Shown: positions 9,204-19,477, numbered from the stretch's first letter. The stretch is 35,832 nt of DNA from Candidatus Heimdallarchaeota archaeon (GCA_021399345.1 JAAFKI010000196.1:1-35832); one strand, 5' to 3'. Made by a program: numbers and translations. The notes: generated from the letters alone by a model not told the origin.

Positions 9204-9410
9204 TTATTTTGAAACTCCTTTTCGTTTCACTTGTGTCATCATTATTTTCCCATCTTCAAATAGTATCCATCTAAGTTTATCACCATTTTTTAAACCTAAT
9301 TCATCAACTATTTCCTTAGGAACTGTAGTTCTTCTCCTGCTTTCTCTTATTGTAATTGAAGTCTCTGTTACGTAAACTACTTCATCAATGTCTATCTGGG
9401 TCATGTGCAA
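9204..9410 (-). CDS. AbrB/SpoVT/MazE-family DNA-binding protein
   Basis: RRTTVPKEIVDELGLKNGDKLRWILFEDGKIMM, a swapped-hairpin signature. The start could be at 9404. Confidence 0.82.
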   Translation of the reverse strand: MHMTQIDIDEVVYVTETSITIRESRRRTTVPKEIVDELGLKNGDKLRWILFEDGKIMMTQVKRKGVSK

Positions 9411-9460
9411 ATGTACGAATTAGCGCATATAAGATTTTGGTATTAAACCAACATATCCAT

Positions 9461-9529
9461 GCCATACGTAAGTGTGAGATATACATGTATAACACACATA
9501 TCACACATATTGTAGCCAATATAACATAT
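9461..9529. promoter_or_regulatory. Palindrome TATACATGTATA (9480-9491) plus a cluster of ACATAT repeats; candidate operator
   Basis: ACATAT at 9461, 9496, 9505 and 9524, between the divergent AbrB-like and TauE genes. Confidence 0.4.
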
Positions 9530-9606
9530 TTAGACTTCCAAGGGCATTGGTTTTACACCAAACTTAAAAACATAAGCAATATTCCTCCTTTATGAGTTGA
9601 ACTTAG

Positions 9607-10506
9607 ATGGCAGATTTAGTTTCTTTTACTTTTGGATTCTATGTTCTTTTTGCAGTACTTGCACTAGTTTGTGAATATGTTGACTCTGCTTTGGGGGGTG
9701 GATATGGTACCATTCTCGTTCCTGTTCTTCTATCATTTAACGTAGACCTTGCTCTTATTGTACCTGCTGTTCTTTTCACAGAGATTTGGACAGGTTTCGG
9801 TTCTGCAGCTCTACATCACTATGTTGGAAATGTAGATTTTCATATTCGAGTTAGATCTAAAAACAAAGTTGAATCTAAAGAAAGTCTTACAGATGGAGGT
9901 GTAGTTTTAGATACAGCTAAAGAGAATATTAAGAATAAAAGGGAGAGGAGAATCGAAATTTCTAAAGATTTCAAGATTTCAGGTATCTTAGGGTTAAGTG
10001 GTATAGTTGGAGGTATTGCTGCTGCATTTTTAGCAATCACTATTAATGCAACCATCATAAAAACTTATGTTGGTGTTTTAGTTATAATTGTAGGTTTGTT
10101 AGTTTTTATGAAGTTAAAATGGAAATTCTCATGGTGGAAAATATCAGGAATAGGACTTTTAGCAGCTTTTAATAAAGGATTAAGTGGTGGGGGATACGGG
10201 CCCTTAATTAGCTCTGGTCAAATTATTGTTGACAGAGATCCTCGTAAGGCAGTAGCTTCTACTTCTCTTTCTGAAGGGGTTGTTTGTGTTGCAGCTCTAA
10301 TCATCTATTTTACGGCTAATGGTACTACACTTTCACCAAATTTTGGGTGGTTTGTCTTAGCTCTTCTCGTTGGAGCTCTTGCTTCAGTTCCATTAGCTGT
10401 ATTGACTGTGAAATATTTACCTATAAAAAAATTTCAACCTCTAATAGGATCTGTTACAATCCTTCTAGGAATATTCGTATTAGTTAAAACATACTTAGCT
10501 TTCTAA
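9607..10506 (+). CDS. TauE/SafE (TSUP) family permease
   Basis: EYVDSALGGGYGTILVPVL and NKGLSGGGYGPL repeat motifs; multiple TM helices. Confidence 0.88.
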   Translation: MADLVSFTFGFYVLFAVLALVCEYVDSALGGGYGTILVPVLLSFNVDLALIVPAVLFTEIWTGFGSAALHHYVGNVDFHIRVRSKNKVESKESLTDGGVVLDTAKENIKNKRERRIEISKDFKISGILGLSGIVGGIAAAFLAITINATIIKTYVGVLVIIVGLLVFMKLKWKFSWWKISGIGLLAAFNKGLSGGGYGPLISSGQIIVDRDPRKAVASTSLSEGVVCVAALIIYFTANGTTLSPNFGWFVLALLVGALASVPLAVLTVKYLPIKKFQPLIGSVTILLGIFVLVKTYLAF

Positions 10507-10536
10507 AATCTCAAGCTCTTTTGTAGAGCATCTTTT

Positions 10537-11397
10537 CTAAACTAATATTGATACAAATATAAATATCGTAATGGTAAGTAACGTTATTCCAAGTATCCAA
10601 GAAACTTGTTTTCCTTTCATTTTACCCTTTAAGAAATTTCCAATCATAGCACCAAAAAACATTGTAACCGTTAACATAGCTAAAAGTCTCCAGTCTATAT
10701 TACCCAAGGACATATGTGTGATCCCCCCTACTAACGCTTTGATAACAATTATAAATAGAGAAGTACCAGATGCCAATAGTGGTGGAAGACCGAATGCTAA
10801 AATCATAAAGGGAGTTTGTATCCACCCTCCACTTATTCCAAGTAAACCTGACAACAAGCCAAAGAAGACACCACTAAAAAAAATTAGAGACACACTTATA
10901 TCATAAGATTTCTCACCATTTTGAATTTTCATTAGAGGTTTCATTTTTGTTATTTTTTTCCAAAAGGATTTTCGTTCAATACTTTCAGTTTTTTCATTTT
11001 CTTCAGTATCAGCCCTTTTGTCTTTAATTGAATGATATAACATCAAAAGACTGAGAATGAATGCGAGAACTCCCATGATAATTAAGACTGTTTGATCAGT
11101 CAAAAAATGGACAACAAATACACCTGAAATTGTTCCAGCTGAAGAAGGTATTGCAAAAAGAATTCCAAACTTGAAGTCTACTTCCTTTCTTCTAGCTGCT
11201 CCAATAGTACCAACCAATGCTGGAAGACAAAGTGCTGCAAGAACCGTTCCTACAGCAGTTTTTGTATCTATTGAAAAAATAAGTATTAAAGATGGAACCA
11301 ATATTACACCCCCTCCAAAACCCCCTATATTCCCTAATATTGCAACTCCTAGTGCTAACAGTCCTATCAACACTAGTTGAAGAACGATATCCATCAA
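10537..11397 (-). CDS. TauE/SafE (TSUP) family permease
   Basis: GFGGGVILVP, SGLLGISGG and ASGTSLF motifs; convergent with the first TauE gene. Confidence 0.88.
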   Translation of the reverse strand: MMDIVLQLVLIGLLALGVAILGNIGGFGGGVILVPSLILIFSIDTKTAVGTVLAALCLPALVGTIGAARRKEVDFKFGILFAIPSSAGTISGVFVVHFLTDQTVLIIMGVLAFILSLLMLYHSIKDKRADTEENEKTESIERKSFWKKITKMKPLMKIQNGEKSYDISVSLIFFSGVFFGLLSGLLGISGGWIQTPFMILAFGLPPLLASGTSLFIIVIKALVGGITHMSLGNIDWRLLAMLTVTMFFGAMIGNFLKGKMKGKQVSWILGITLLTITIFIFVSILV

Positions 11398-11448
11398 CTT
11401 GACTTGAAGAACTTGTTTTTAAACCTACTGCATGTACTTAAAAATAGC

Positions 11449-12897
11449 CTATTCTTTATCTTCAATCATCTTTTTCAGCCTTGTAACAACATTCTTTAGT
11501 GAATTGCTCCTAAAGAAGTATTCTGTATCAAATTCAATTTCTTTTATTTTCTTTATTTTCTTAACTAAATCATCTACATCTGAGAATTTTTCTGCTACTT
11601 TGGACTTTAGTAGATCTTCCATGTAATCGATTCCAAAATAATCAAAAAGCAAGGTTTTTACACCAAAGAAAAGTCCTTCAAATAGAGCAGTGGAGTTAAC
11701 ACCGACTTGTATTTCTGATTCTGCAAACAGCTCATACAAACCTTTTCCTTCATGGTCTACAACTTCGATTCCTGATTTAAGTAACCATGGAAATTCTTCC
11801 TTCCAGGTATTTACCTCATTAGGATGTAACTTGTAAATGACATTATAGTCTAGATTTTCCACTTTGTTTAATTCAACTGCAACCTTAGAAAGATGTATCC
11901 CAATCCATGGTTGAGAAATGAATACAATTTGCTTCTTCTTTTCTATTCCTTCATATTTTTTCCTTGAAATTTCAAGATCTGGAAACCCAACACTAAATAT
12001 TTTATCTTGTTCAATTGGATAAGTAATGTTCTCTTTCCAGTAATCTCCGAATGCAAAGATATAATCTGGGAAGGTTTTCTTTGTTCTATATTCTTCAAAG
12101 GAATAACCTACATGATATCTGGTTACAACGCCATGTTGTATCTCTACAACAGGAATTTCCTTTTCTTTGCATGCTTCGATGAAATTCTCTTTACCATAAC
12201 TACACACTATAAGAATCAGTTGAGGTTGCACCTTTTTCAAAATTTTTCGATAGTAAGGAAGGCTTCTTTTTCTTACAACTAGATTATTATGGACAATTTC
12301 CACCAAATCTATGGATCTTTTGAATCTAGAGTTAAATGCTTGAGATATTTTCCTCAAGTAAATAATTTCTTCATCTGTTAGAGTTACCTTAGCTATTTTG
12401 AGATATCTCTTTAAATCAACCATCAAATCTATGTATGTGAAATATCTTAGATTTTTAGTTTCAGCAGGGGTTCTGAAATTAAACTCAAAATCACCTTCAA
12501 TAGAAATTGAAGAGTAAATCATTCTGTTGATGATGTGATCAGTATAGATATCCCACCATTTACCATTTTCTTTCAACTTCCTTCTAGAACTACTCAAAAC
12601 AAGTATTGCTTGTTTTTTAGCTAATAACGGATTAAGATTGAATTGGAAGAAAACCTTGAGATAGTTGCGTATTTTCCTCAAATAAAAAACAAATTTTTTC
12701 CCTTTTTTCCTTTCTATTCTTCTTTTTCGTTTTATTTTCCCTTCCGCTAATTTGACTGTAATTGCTCTAAAAACTGCAAATCTAACCCTTTCCCAAAAGA
12801 AAACTCCATCTATTTTGGCGTTGAAGAGAGAATACTCATCTTCAAACTTTAGAAATTCTTCATAAACAGATTTGAGGGATAGGTCAGATTCACTCAT
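11449..12897 (-). CDS. GT-B fold capsular/surface polysaccharide biosynthesis protein (putative glycosyltransferase)
   Basis: VVEIQHG, PDYIFAFG, VGFP, YKLHPNE and NSTALFEG motifs. Probable start MSESD at 12897 (the ORF track starts at 12966). Confidence 0.65.
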   Translation of the reverse strand: MSESDLSLKSVYEEFLKFEDEYSLFNAKIDGVFFWERVRFAVFRAITVKLAEGKIKRKRRIERKKGKKFVFYLRKIRNYLKVFFQFNLNPLLAKKQAILVLSSSRRKLKENGKWWDIYTDHIINRMIYSSISIEGDFEFNFRTPAETKNLRYFTYIDLMVDLKRYLKIAKVTLTDEEIIYLRKISQAFNSRFKRSIDLVEIVHNNLVVRKRSLPYYRKILKKVQPQLILIVCSYGKENFIEACKEKEIPVVEIQHGVVTRYHVGYSFEEYRTKKTFPDYIFAFGDYWKENITYPIEQDKIFSVGFPDLEISRKKYEGIEKKKQIVFISQPWIGIHLSKVAVELNKVENLDYNVIYKLHPNEVNTWKEEFPWLLKSGIEVVDHEGKGLYELFAESEIQVGVNSTALFEGLFFGVKTLLFDYFGIDYMEDLLKSKVAEKFSDVDDLVKKIKKIKEIEFDTEYFFRSNSLKNVVTRLKKMIEDKE

Positions 12898-12952
12898 TAC
12901 ATCCGATAAAATGACTGTAGAAAGGTTATAAAAGTATTCTGTCCTTATCCGC

Positions 12953-14833
12953 TCATAAAGTATCATTGATTTCTTTCTTCAGATCATAAGTTTCGAAGAG
13001 AGTTTCTTGTTCAATCCTCATCTCTAGATTTTCACTTTCAAGAATAAATCTCTCTGGTTTATGGATTCCGTAGAATAATCTCATCATTATTTCTAAATCA
13101 ATGAATGCAGAGAGAAATAGTTCCAAATGACTCTTCCTGTTAAAAAGATCATCAAAAAGTTTTCTAACAACTTCTTTGTTCATTATGTTCCAAATGAAAC
13201 TATTTTCATCTGTAAGTAGCTTGTTAATGAATTTGTAATAAGATCCTTCTTTATCCATCCACATAAAAATTGGTGATGAAGATTTTGGAACAATTGAGAT
13301 ACCTATTTTCTTCTCGAGCCATCTTACAATTTTAAGTGTATTTTGAACTATTTTCAATCTTTTGAATTTTGATGAAGTTGTTCGCAATGATGCTACTTCT
13401 TCATTTAACACTCCCAAAACATCTAATTCAAAGTTTCTTTTTTCTCTAAGTTTAAATGGAACTTTGACATAAGTACTAAAGATTTGAGGATGATAAAATG
13501 GAAGAACCGTTGTTCCAAATACTTCAACTGTTTTAGGTCCTCCAACTGCATACTTTCTACCTCTAGTTAAAGCTAGAAAAGTTTCCGCTTTCATTCTTTC
13601 ATCATCTATTGGCCAGATGAGTTCAACATGTTTTTTCAGTTCTGGCATTATTATTCTCTTGAGAATATCCTTCTCTTTTACTGTTTTCTCAAAAACTTTA
13701 GGTGGAAAGAAATAGTTGTGTAATTGCATTGCTTTGAGTAAAGAATATGCAGAATCTTTCTTCAGATTCTTACTCTTTATAGCAGCGAAAAATTCTCCAC
13801 CTAATTGACCATCTCCAACATAACCATCTATGTAAAGGTTGTTTTCGCTTTCCACTTCTGATAAGAATGTAACTAACCTAGACGCTACTAGTGTAGATAC
13901 TCCTTCACAATACCACATATGTTTCAAAGAATCTTTGATTGTCTCCTCAGCATTGATTATCCTAACTATGTGTTCAATATTCAGAAGATTGGCAACTTTT
14001 CTTGCATTAGAAACATTTCCTCCACTTTCAGAATAATCAAAGGTTATTCCTCTGCATTTCTTTCTTAAACTATCCTCTACTGAAGTAAGTAATAATCTCG
14101 AATCCAATCCTCCTGATAAGAGAAAATAATTATTCTTATTTTGGTTATTGAACAGGATATTGAAGTATTTTTCAAATAATTTAGCCTGTTCTTCAACTAT
14201 TTTCTCATATGAATCTTCATCCATTTTTTCGTAGTTTGATGGAAATTCATACTTAACCTCACTATTTTCTAGAAATACCTTTTCGAGTTCAGAACCATCA
14301 AACTCATCAAGATTTAGAGTTATTGTTTTATTAAATGGTAGGAGTTTAATTTTCTTGAAGAATGTCTTCATTCCCAAGATACAATGTGAAAAAACATATT
14401 CCAACATAGCATCATAGTCAAGATGACTAAGCAATTCCTTTTCACATTGAAGAATGTACCTCATTTGAGAAGATAAGTAAAGATTACCATTAAAAGAAGC
14501 AAAGTAGATAAAATCTGTACCTAAAGGATCTGTAGAGATTACTAACTGTTTGGTTGTAGTGTTTATTTTGATATACGGTTGTATCTCTTCTGAAAAGAAT
14601 TCTCCTGATTCCGATTCTTTTGATAAATCAAGATGTTTCAGAATGTTTGGAGCAAAGAAATATTCAGAACCCTCTATTTCAAGTGTGTAGTTCTGATCAT
14701 CAAAATCACCAATTAGGAGCTGAATTCCGTCATCGTCAATGATCTTCTTGTGATTCATTAGACTAGGTAACAATTTAGATGTTTCTTTCAAATTCTTCTT
14801 TTCGGATGAAAGTATAAAAAGGAAATTAGTCAT
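12953..14833 (-). CDS. Asparagine synthase-related amidotransferase (probable glycan amidation)
   Basis: TDPLG, LSGGLDSR PP-loop, DGYVGDGQLGG and LPFY motifs. No catalytic N-terminal Cys. Confidence 0.8.
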   Translation of the reverse strand: MTNFLFILSSEKKNLKETSKLLPSLMNHKKIIDDDGIQLLIGDFDDQNYTLEIEGSEYFFAPNILKHLDLSKESESGEFFSEEIQPYIKINTTTKQLVISTDPLGTDFIYFASFNGNLYLSSQMRYILQCEKELLSHLDYDAMLEYVFSHCILGMKTFFKKIKLLPFNKTITLNLDEFDGSELEKVFLENSEVKYEFPSNYEKMDEDSYEKIVEEQAKLFEKYFNILFNNQNKNNYFLLSGGLDSRLLLTSVEDSLRKKCRGITFDYSESGGNVSNARKVANLLNIEHIVRIINAEETIKDSLKHMWYCEGVSTLVASRLVTFLSEVESENNLYIDGYVGDGQLGGEFFAAIKSKNLKKDSAYSLLKAMQLHNYFFPPKVFEKTVKEKDILKRIIMPELKKHVELIWPIDDERMKAETFLALTRGRKYAVGGPKTVEVFGTTVLPFYHPQIFSTYVKVPFKLREKRNFELDVLGVLNEEVASLRTTSSKFKRLKIVQNTLKIVRWLEKKIGISIVPKSSSPIFMWMDKEGSYYKFINKLLTDENSFIWNIMNKEVVRKLFDDLFNRKSHLELFLSAFIDLEIMMRLFYGIHKPERFILESENLEMRIEQETLFETYDLKKEINDTL

Positions 14834-14938
14834 TACTGAGCTATTAATAGAATATTATTAAATGTTTTTGAAGAGAAAATAGAACGTCTCAAAATATCTT
14901 AAAAGTGAATTTAAAAAAGAAAGAATTGTTTTTGATTT

Positions 14939-15110
14939 TTATTTGCTCTGTTCTACAAATTCTTTTTTACTCAGAAGTATATTACAATAATTATCTTTTA
15001 TTTTCAATAGCTCAATAAAACCATTTTCTAGTCTCATCTTTCAAAATCTCTGTGAACATACTTAATGTTTATTTTATTCTTTAATTTTTTTACAACACCT
15101 AGTGCTGCAG
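14939..15110 (-). pseudogene. Frameshifted 3' remnant of an FkbM paralogue
   Basis: FIELLKIKDNYCNILLSKKEFVEQSK* (15019 to 14939) aligns with FEELLKIEEDYCNIFLQQKKD* of 16142..16978. Upstream ILKDETRK in another frame resembles VFKNVTKK. The upstream boundary is approximate. Confidence 0.7.
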
Positions 15111-15209
15111 CTGATACTATTTCTTACTTAAACGCTGGGAGTGCTATTCCGCGTAAGATTCAAAGATAGTTTTTTATACTAAAGTAGGTTTACTCCATTT
15201 TAGTCACAC

Positions 15210-16046
15210 ATGTTAAGATTGTATAGAAAATTAAGTAAAAAGGGAATAGGTCGGTTTATTCCTAAAAAATTTCTTAAATATATTCAAAAAAGAATACTTA
15301 GTAAAGATAATCTTGTAACAATGCGATTGGATGGAAAGAAATTTACACTATTTAGAAGCAATAGCTTTGATTTGGTCTTCAGGGGACTTGTAGAAATGGG
15401 GACAACAAAGTTATTTAAAGAAATATCTAAAGTATATGATTTGTTTGTTGATATAGGTTCTTGTTGTGGGTATTATATTCTATTGTCAGAAGCAAAAAGG
15501 AACATAGCAGTAGAACCAGAGAAAAATAATTATGAAGTTTTAATTAAAAATATTGACCAAAATAAAATAGAAAATACAGAGTGTTTAAGGTATGCGATAG
15601 GGGATAAACACAAATCAATAATATTACATAAGACAGAAAATCCAGAACAACATACACTTAGAAATGATGTTAAGGGATTGAAATTAATCAATTCTGAAAG
15701 TGTTGAGATGATAACATTGGACACATTATTAGAACCATATTTAGATAAAAAGATATTATGTAAAATTGATGTCGAAGGATACGAATCTTATGCCTTTTTA
15801 GGTTTAAGGAAAGCCATTAATTTACTGGATATAGACTTTATTTTTGAGTATAATCACAATAAATATAGTGAAACTGAAAACAAAGTAATAGTGGATTTTG
15901 TTAAAGATTATAATATATATGTTATAGATGAAATAGAGAAAAATTTAGAGAAAATTTCTCATGAAAATTTTATAAGAATCAAAGAAGAGAAAGAGTGTTA
16001 TTGCAATATATTTATCAGTAAAAATCTCTTACCAGCCGCTAAATAA
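15210..16046 (+). CDS. FkbM-family SAM-dependent methyltransferase
   Basis: FVDIGSCCGYY, AVEP, TLDTLL, KIDVEGYE and IFEY motifs. Confidence 0.9.
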   Translation: MLRLYRKLSKKGIGRFIPKKFLKYIQKRILSKDNLVTMRLDGKKFTLFRSNSFDLVFRGLVEMGTTKLFKEISKVYDLFVDIGSCCGYYILLSEAKRNIAVEPEKNNYEVLIKNIDQNKIENTECLRYAIGDKHKSIILHKTENPEQHTLRNDVKGLKLINSESVEMITLDTLLEPYLDKKILCKIDVEGYESYAFLGLRKAINLLDIDFIFEYNHNKYSETENKVIVDFVKDYNIYVIDEIEKNLEKISHENFIRIKEEKECYCNIFISKNLLPAAK

Positions 16047-16141
16047 CCTTCATATGGCTAAGTGGTTATTAATACATAGAGAAAGATTTAACTAATGATG
16101 ATAAAAAATTATTAAGGATTTAGATAGTAGGTTAAAAAAAG

Positions 16142-16978
16142 ATGTTAATAAAGATTTATAGATTGTTAAGTAATAAAGGAATAGCTCGATTTGTTCCAGA
16201 AAAGATTATGTTTAAAGTTCATAAGCTTATTTTAAAATTAAGTAAAAACATAGTTATGATTAAATTTAATAATAAAAAAATGTTTATTATTAAAGATTAT
16301 TCTCACGATTTAATTTTTAGAAAAAAATTTCTCGAACCAGAAACAACAAAATTATTTTTAGAAATATCAAAGAATTATGATTTATTTGTTGATGTTGGTT
16401 CGTGTTTTGGATATTATACTTTATTATCCGAAGCAAAAAATAACATCGCTATAGAACCAGATAAAAAGAATTTTAGATTGTTAGAAAAAACCATAGAAAA
16501 AAATAAAATGAATAATACCACTTTATTTAATTACGCAATAAGTAATAAAAATGAAGAAAGAATTTTTTATAAAACTAAGCTATATTCTTATCATTCTTTA
16601 AGAAACGAACATCTTAAACGAGAAGAAGTAGAAATAACAGGTGAAGAAATTGTTGAAACCAAAACTCTTGATACACTATTAAAACCCTTTCTTAATCAAA
16701 AAATGCTTTTTAAAATTGATATTGAAGGTTTAGAGGCAGAAGCCTTTGAAGGTATGAAAAACCTATTATCAACAAAAAATATAGACATAATTTTTGAATA
16801 TAACATTTTTAGATATACTCAGAAAGATTTAGATATTATCCATAAAATAGTAAAGGATAATTTTGATATTCTTTATTTAGGTGTTTTTAAAAATGTAACT
16901 AAAAAAATGACCTTTGAAGAATTATTAAAAATAGAAGAAGATTATTGTAATATATTTTTACAACAAAAGAAGGATTAA
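16142..16978 (+). CDS. FkbM-family SAM-dependent methyltransferase (tandem paralogue)
   Basis: FVDVGSCFGYY, AIEP, KIDIEGLE and IFEY motifs; same length (278 aa) as its neighbour. Confidence 0.9.
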   Translation: MLIKIYRLLSNKGIARFVPEKIMFKVHKLILKLSKNIVMIKFNNKKMFIIKDYSHDLIFRKKFLEPETTKLFLEISKNYDLFVDVGSCFGYYTLLSEAKNNIAIEPDKKNFRLLEKTIEKNKMNNTTLFNYAISNKNEERIFYKTKLYSYHSLRNEHLKREEVEITGEEIVETKTLDTLLKPFLNQKMLFKIDIEGLEAEAFEGMKNLLSTKNIDIIFEYNIFRYTQKDLDIIHKIVKDNFDILYLGVFKNVTKKMTFEELLKIEEDYCNIFLQQKKD

Positions 16979-17042
16979 AATAAAAAAATTAGAACTTACA
17001 GATTTTTGAGTGGAAAAAATTAAAGTAGATATGTTGTTTTTT

Positions 17043-17129
17043 CTACTTTTTCCAGCTAATAACTTTAGCTAATCCTTTCCCAGATAGTTTAGGGTATAGA
17101 GAAACAAGCCAATTTCGTATAGAAACCAT
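17043..17129 (-). pseudogene. 5' remnant of an FkbM paralogue
   Basis: MVSIRNWLVSLYPKLSGKGLAKVISWKK* resembles MLRLYRKLSKKGIGRFI and MLIKIYRLLSNKGIARFV. The frame is open back to ATG 17198. Confidence 0.55.
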
Positions 17130-17335
17130 TTTCTGACTCTTGTTTGAATTGAAGTGGTGAATAATTTGATTTAACTTTAATTGTATTTTTGAGAACATAT
17201 TCAGTTAAAAAATGTACATTTCTAATACTCAAGTAAAACCTGAAAATTCAATATCGATTTGTTCCTGTTAATGTGAGTGCTATTTTTGAGTCATCTTACA
17301 GCAAGATTTATAGACATTTGTCATTAATTCAACGT

Positions 17336-18217
17336 ATGGGGCTAAAAATATTACATATATGGATGTCAGCAGATGTTGCCGTTACAATGTCAAAAGAGCT
17401 AAAAAAAAGGGGACATGATGTTCGTATTTTAATAAGTGAAAATGCAGATCCATTTGGATGGAGGGAAGCAGCTCCTGAACTTGTTCATACAACTAAAACT
17501 GACTTGGGACTCTTTCTAAAAGTTATTAGAAAGATTTTCTTCTTCAGACCTGATATTGTTCATATCCATGGTATGCTTAATATTGTAAAATGGGTAAGAT
17601 ATGTATACAAGAAAATCCCAATTGTGATGCACTTTCATGGCACAGATATTAGAGAAGTCTGGGATGTAAGAATGCCAGATCTACTGAAACTCAATATTGG
17701 TGCATATGTAGTAGCTTCAGAAGACTTATTGCGGGGAGCACCAAAGGATAATGTTTATTTCATTGCTAATCCAGTAGATGAAGATTTGTTTACGAGAACT
17801 GTTGAAGGGAACAACAATAAAGCTCTATTCATTAGTATAAATGAAATTCAAGGTTTAGCAGAGGAAAGAGCAAGGAAATATGCTAAAGACAAATTAAATA
17901 TGGAACTAGAAGTGTTAGATAGAACAACAAGTTCAATTCCATATATAGGATTAAAAGACTATCTTCAACAGTTTGCAGCTTATCTTGACTTCAAAATTGA
18001 TGGTATGTTTGGAGGTAGTAAAGAAGAAGTATATGAAGATAGAGAAAATCCTTATGTAACTTGCTTAAGTTTAACAGCATATCAAGCATTAGCTTTAGGG
18101 ATAATTGCGGTCGATTATAATGATGAGGTTCACACAGAATTACCAGTGGAGAGAACACCTGCTCATGCTGTGGACATATTAGAAAAAATATATTATGATG
18201 TTCTAAAAAATAAATAA
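17336..18217 (+). CDS. GT4-like glycosyltransferase
   Basis: MGLKILHI, KKRGHDVRIL, PDIVHIHG, HFHGTDIR and NPVDEDLF motifs. Start placed at ATG 17336 (ORF track 17273). Confidence 0.78.
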   Translation: MGLKILHIWMSADVAVTMSKELKKRGHDVRILISENADPFGWREAAPELVHTTKTDLGLFLKVIRKIFFFRPDIVHIHGMLNIVKWVRYVYKKIPIVMHFHGTDIREVWDVRMPDLLKLNIGAYVVASEDLLRGAPKDNVYFIANPVDEDLFTRTVEGNNNKALFISINEIQGLAEERARKYAKDKLNMELEVLDRTTSSIPYIGLKDYLQQFAAYLDFKIDGMFGGSKEEVYEDRENPYVTCLSLTAYQALALGIIAVDYNDEVHTELPVERTPAHAVDILEKIYYDVLKNK

Positions 18218-18226
18218 GATGGTATC

Positions 18227-19477
18227 ATGAGAATATTGTCAATTCTTTCATTTTTCAAAAGCTTATTTTGCTACTTTATGTTCCAGTTTTCTCATTTAGT
18301 CCCAAAAAAGAAGTCCCTTTGGATTTTTGGAGATGGAATGGGATATACTTTTAGTGGGAACCCAAAGTATCTATTTTTGTTTGTTTCAAACAATATTCCA
18401 AAAATCAAACCAGTATGGATAACACATAGTGAAGAAATTTTTTATTTGTTGAAAAATAGTGGATATACTGTTTTCAAGTCAAGAAGTTTCAAAGCAAAGC
18501 TTTCAGCTGTTAGAGCTAAAATAATTATATATGGACATACAAGAATTGCAGTTAATAAATGCTTATCATCTGGAATCAATATCAACTTGATGCATGGTTG
18601 TCCATTCAAAAAATCAGGAATAGATAACATTGTTAAAGGAACAAAATTATACGAAATTATTTTTTCCAAAGGAATCAAACGTCTATTTTATAAGATAGTT
18701 TATTTTTCCTCCTTCAAGAAAGAGGATTATTTCTGTTCGACATCATCTAATTTTGAAAGTTTATTAGCAAAGGAAAGATTTGTAGATGAATCAAGGATAT
18801 TGACTTGTGGATTTTCTAGAAATGATGTATTATTAACTGAAATAAAAGATGAAGAACTTTTTACTGATTTAGAAGCTTCAAAGATAATTAAGAATAACAA
18901 GGAGAATGGAAAGAATATCATCTTCTACATTCCTACTTTTAGAGATTTAGAAGAAAGAAATATCTCTGATGTATTTGATTTACCTTTGATGGATAAAGTT
19001 TTAGAAGAAACAAATGCCATTATGATTTGCAAACTACATGTTCTATCGAAAAGCTTAACTGAAATTAGTGAGAATCAATACAAGAATATTTATGTTTATC
19101 AGAGTGAAAACGACATCTATCCATTATTAAGATCCGCAGACCTTTTGATAACTGACTATTCATCAATATATTTTGATTATCTATTCCTTAAAAAACCTAT
19201 ATTATTCTACTCCTACGATTTTTCCAACTACTTAAGTGAAGAAAGAGGTTTCTATTTTGATTACAGAGAAACTATTCCAGGTGAATTTGTTACAGAATTC
19301 AAAGATGTAGTCAAGTACCTGAAACAGCTGTTTAATGAGAAAGATGGAAAAGATAATTATTCAAAGAAGCGTGATTCTGTTAGAAATATGTATTTCAACG
19401 ATGTTGATCGCAATTCTTCTAAAAGAACATACCAAATAATATTAGATAGAGTACTTTCAAAGAGAAAGAAACGCTAG
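18227..19477 (+). CDS. CDP-glycerol/polyol glycerophosphotransferase (TagF/TagB family)
   Basis: [35 protein letters not shown] and [13 protein letters not shown] motifs. Confidence 0.9.
   Translation: MRILSILSFFKSLFCYFMFQFSHLVPKKKSLWIFGDGMGYTFSGNPKYLFLFVSNNIPKIKPVWITHSEEIFYLLKNSGYTVFKSRSFKAKLSAVRAKIIIYGHTRIAVNKCLSSGININLMHGCPFKKSGIDNIVKGTKLYEIIFSKGIKRLFYKIVYFSSFKKEDYFCSTSSNFESLLAKERFVDESRILTCGFSRNDVLLTEIKDEELFTDLEASKIIKNNKENGKNIIFYIPTFRDLEERNISDVFDLPLMDKVLEETNAIMICKLHVLSKSLTEISENQYKNIYVYQSENDIYPLLRSADLLITDYSSIYFDYLFLKKPILFYSYDFSNYLSEERGFYFDYRETIPGEFVTEFKDVVKYLKQLFNEKDGKDNYSKKRDSVRNMYFNDVDRNSSKRTYQIILDRVLSKRKKR

Noticed and set aside
9461-9529. CRISPR-like or iteron array
   Set aside because: Repeats are only 6-7 bp and irregularly spaced; no cas genes.
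9356-9595. 79-aa ORF
   Set aside because: Overlaps the AbrB-like gene and spans a probable divergent promoter region; no protein-like features.
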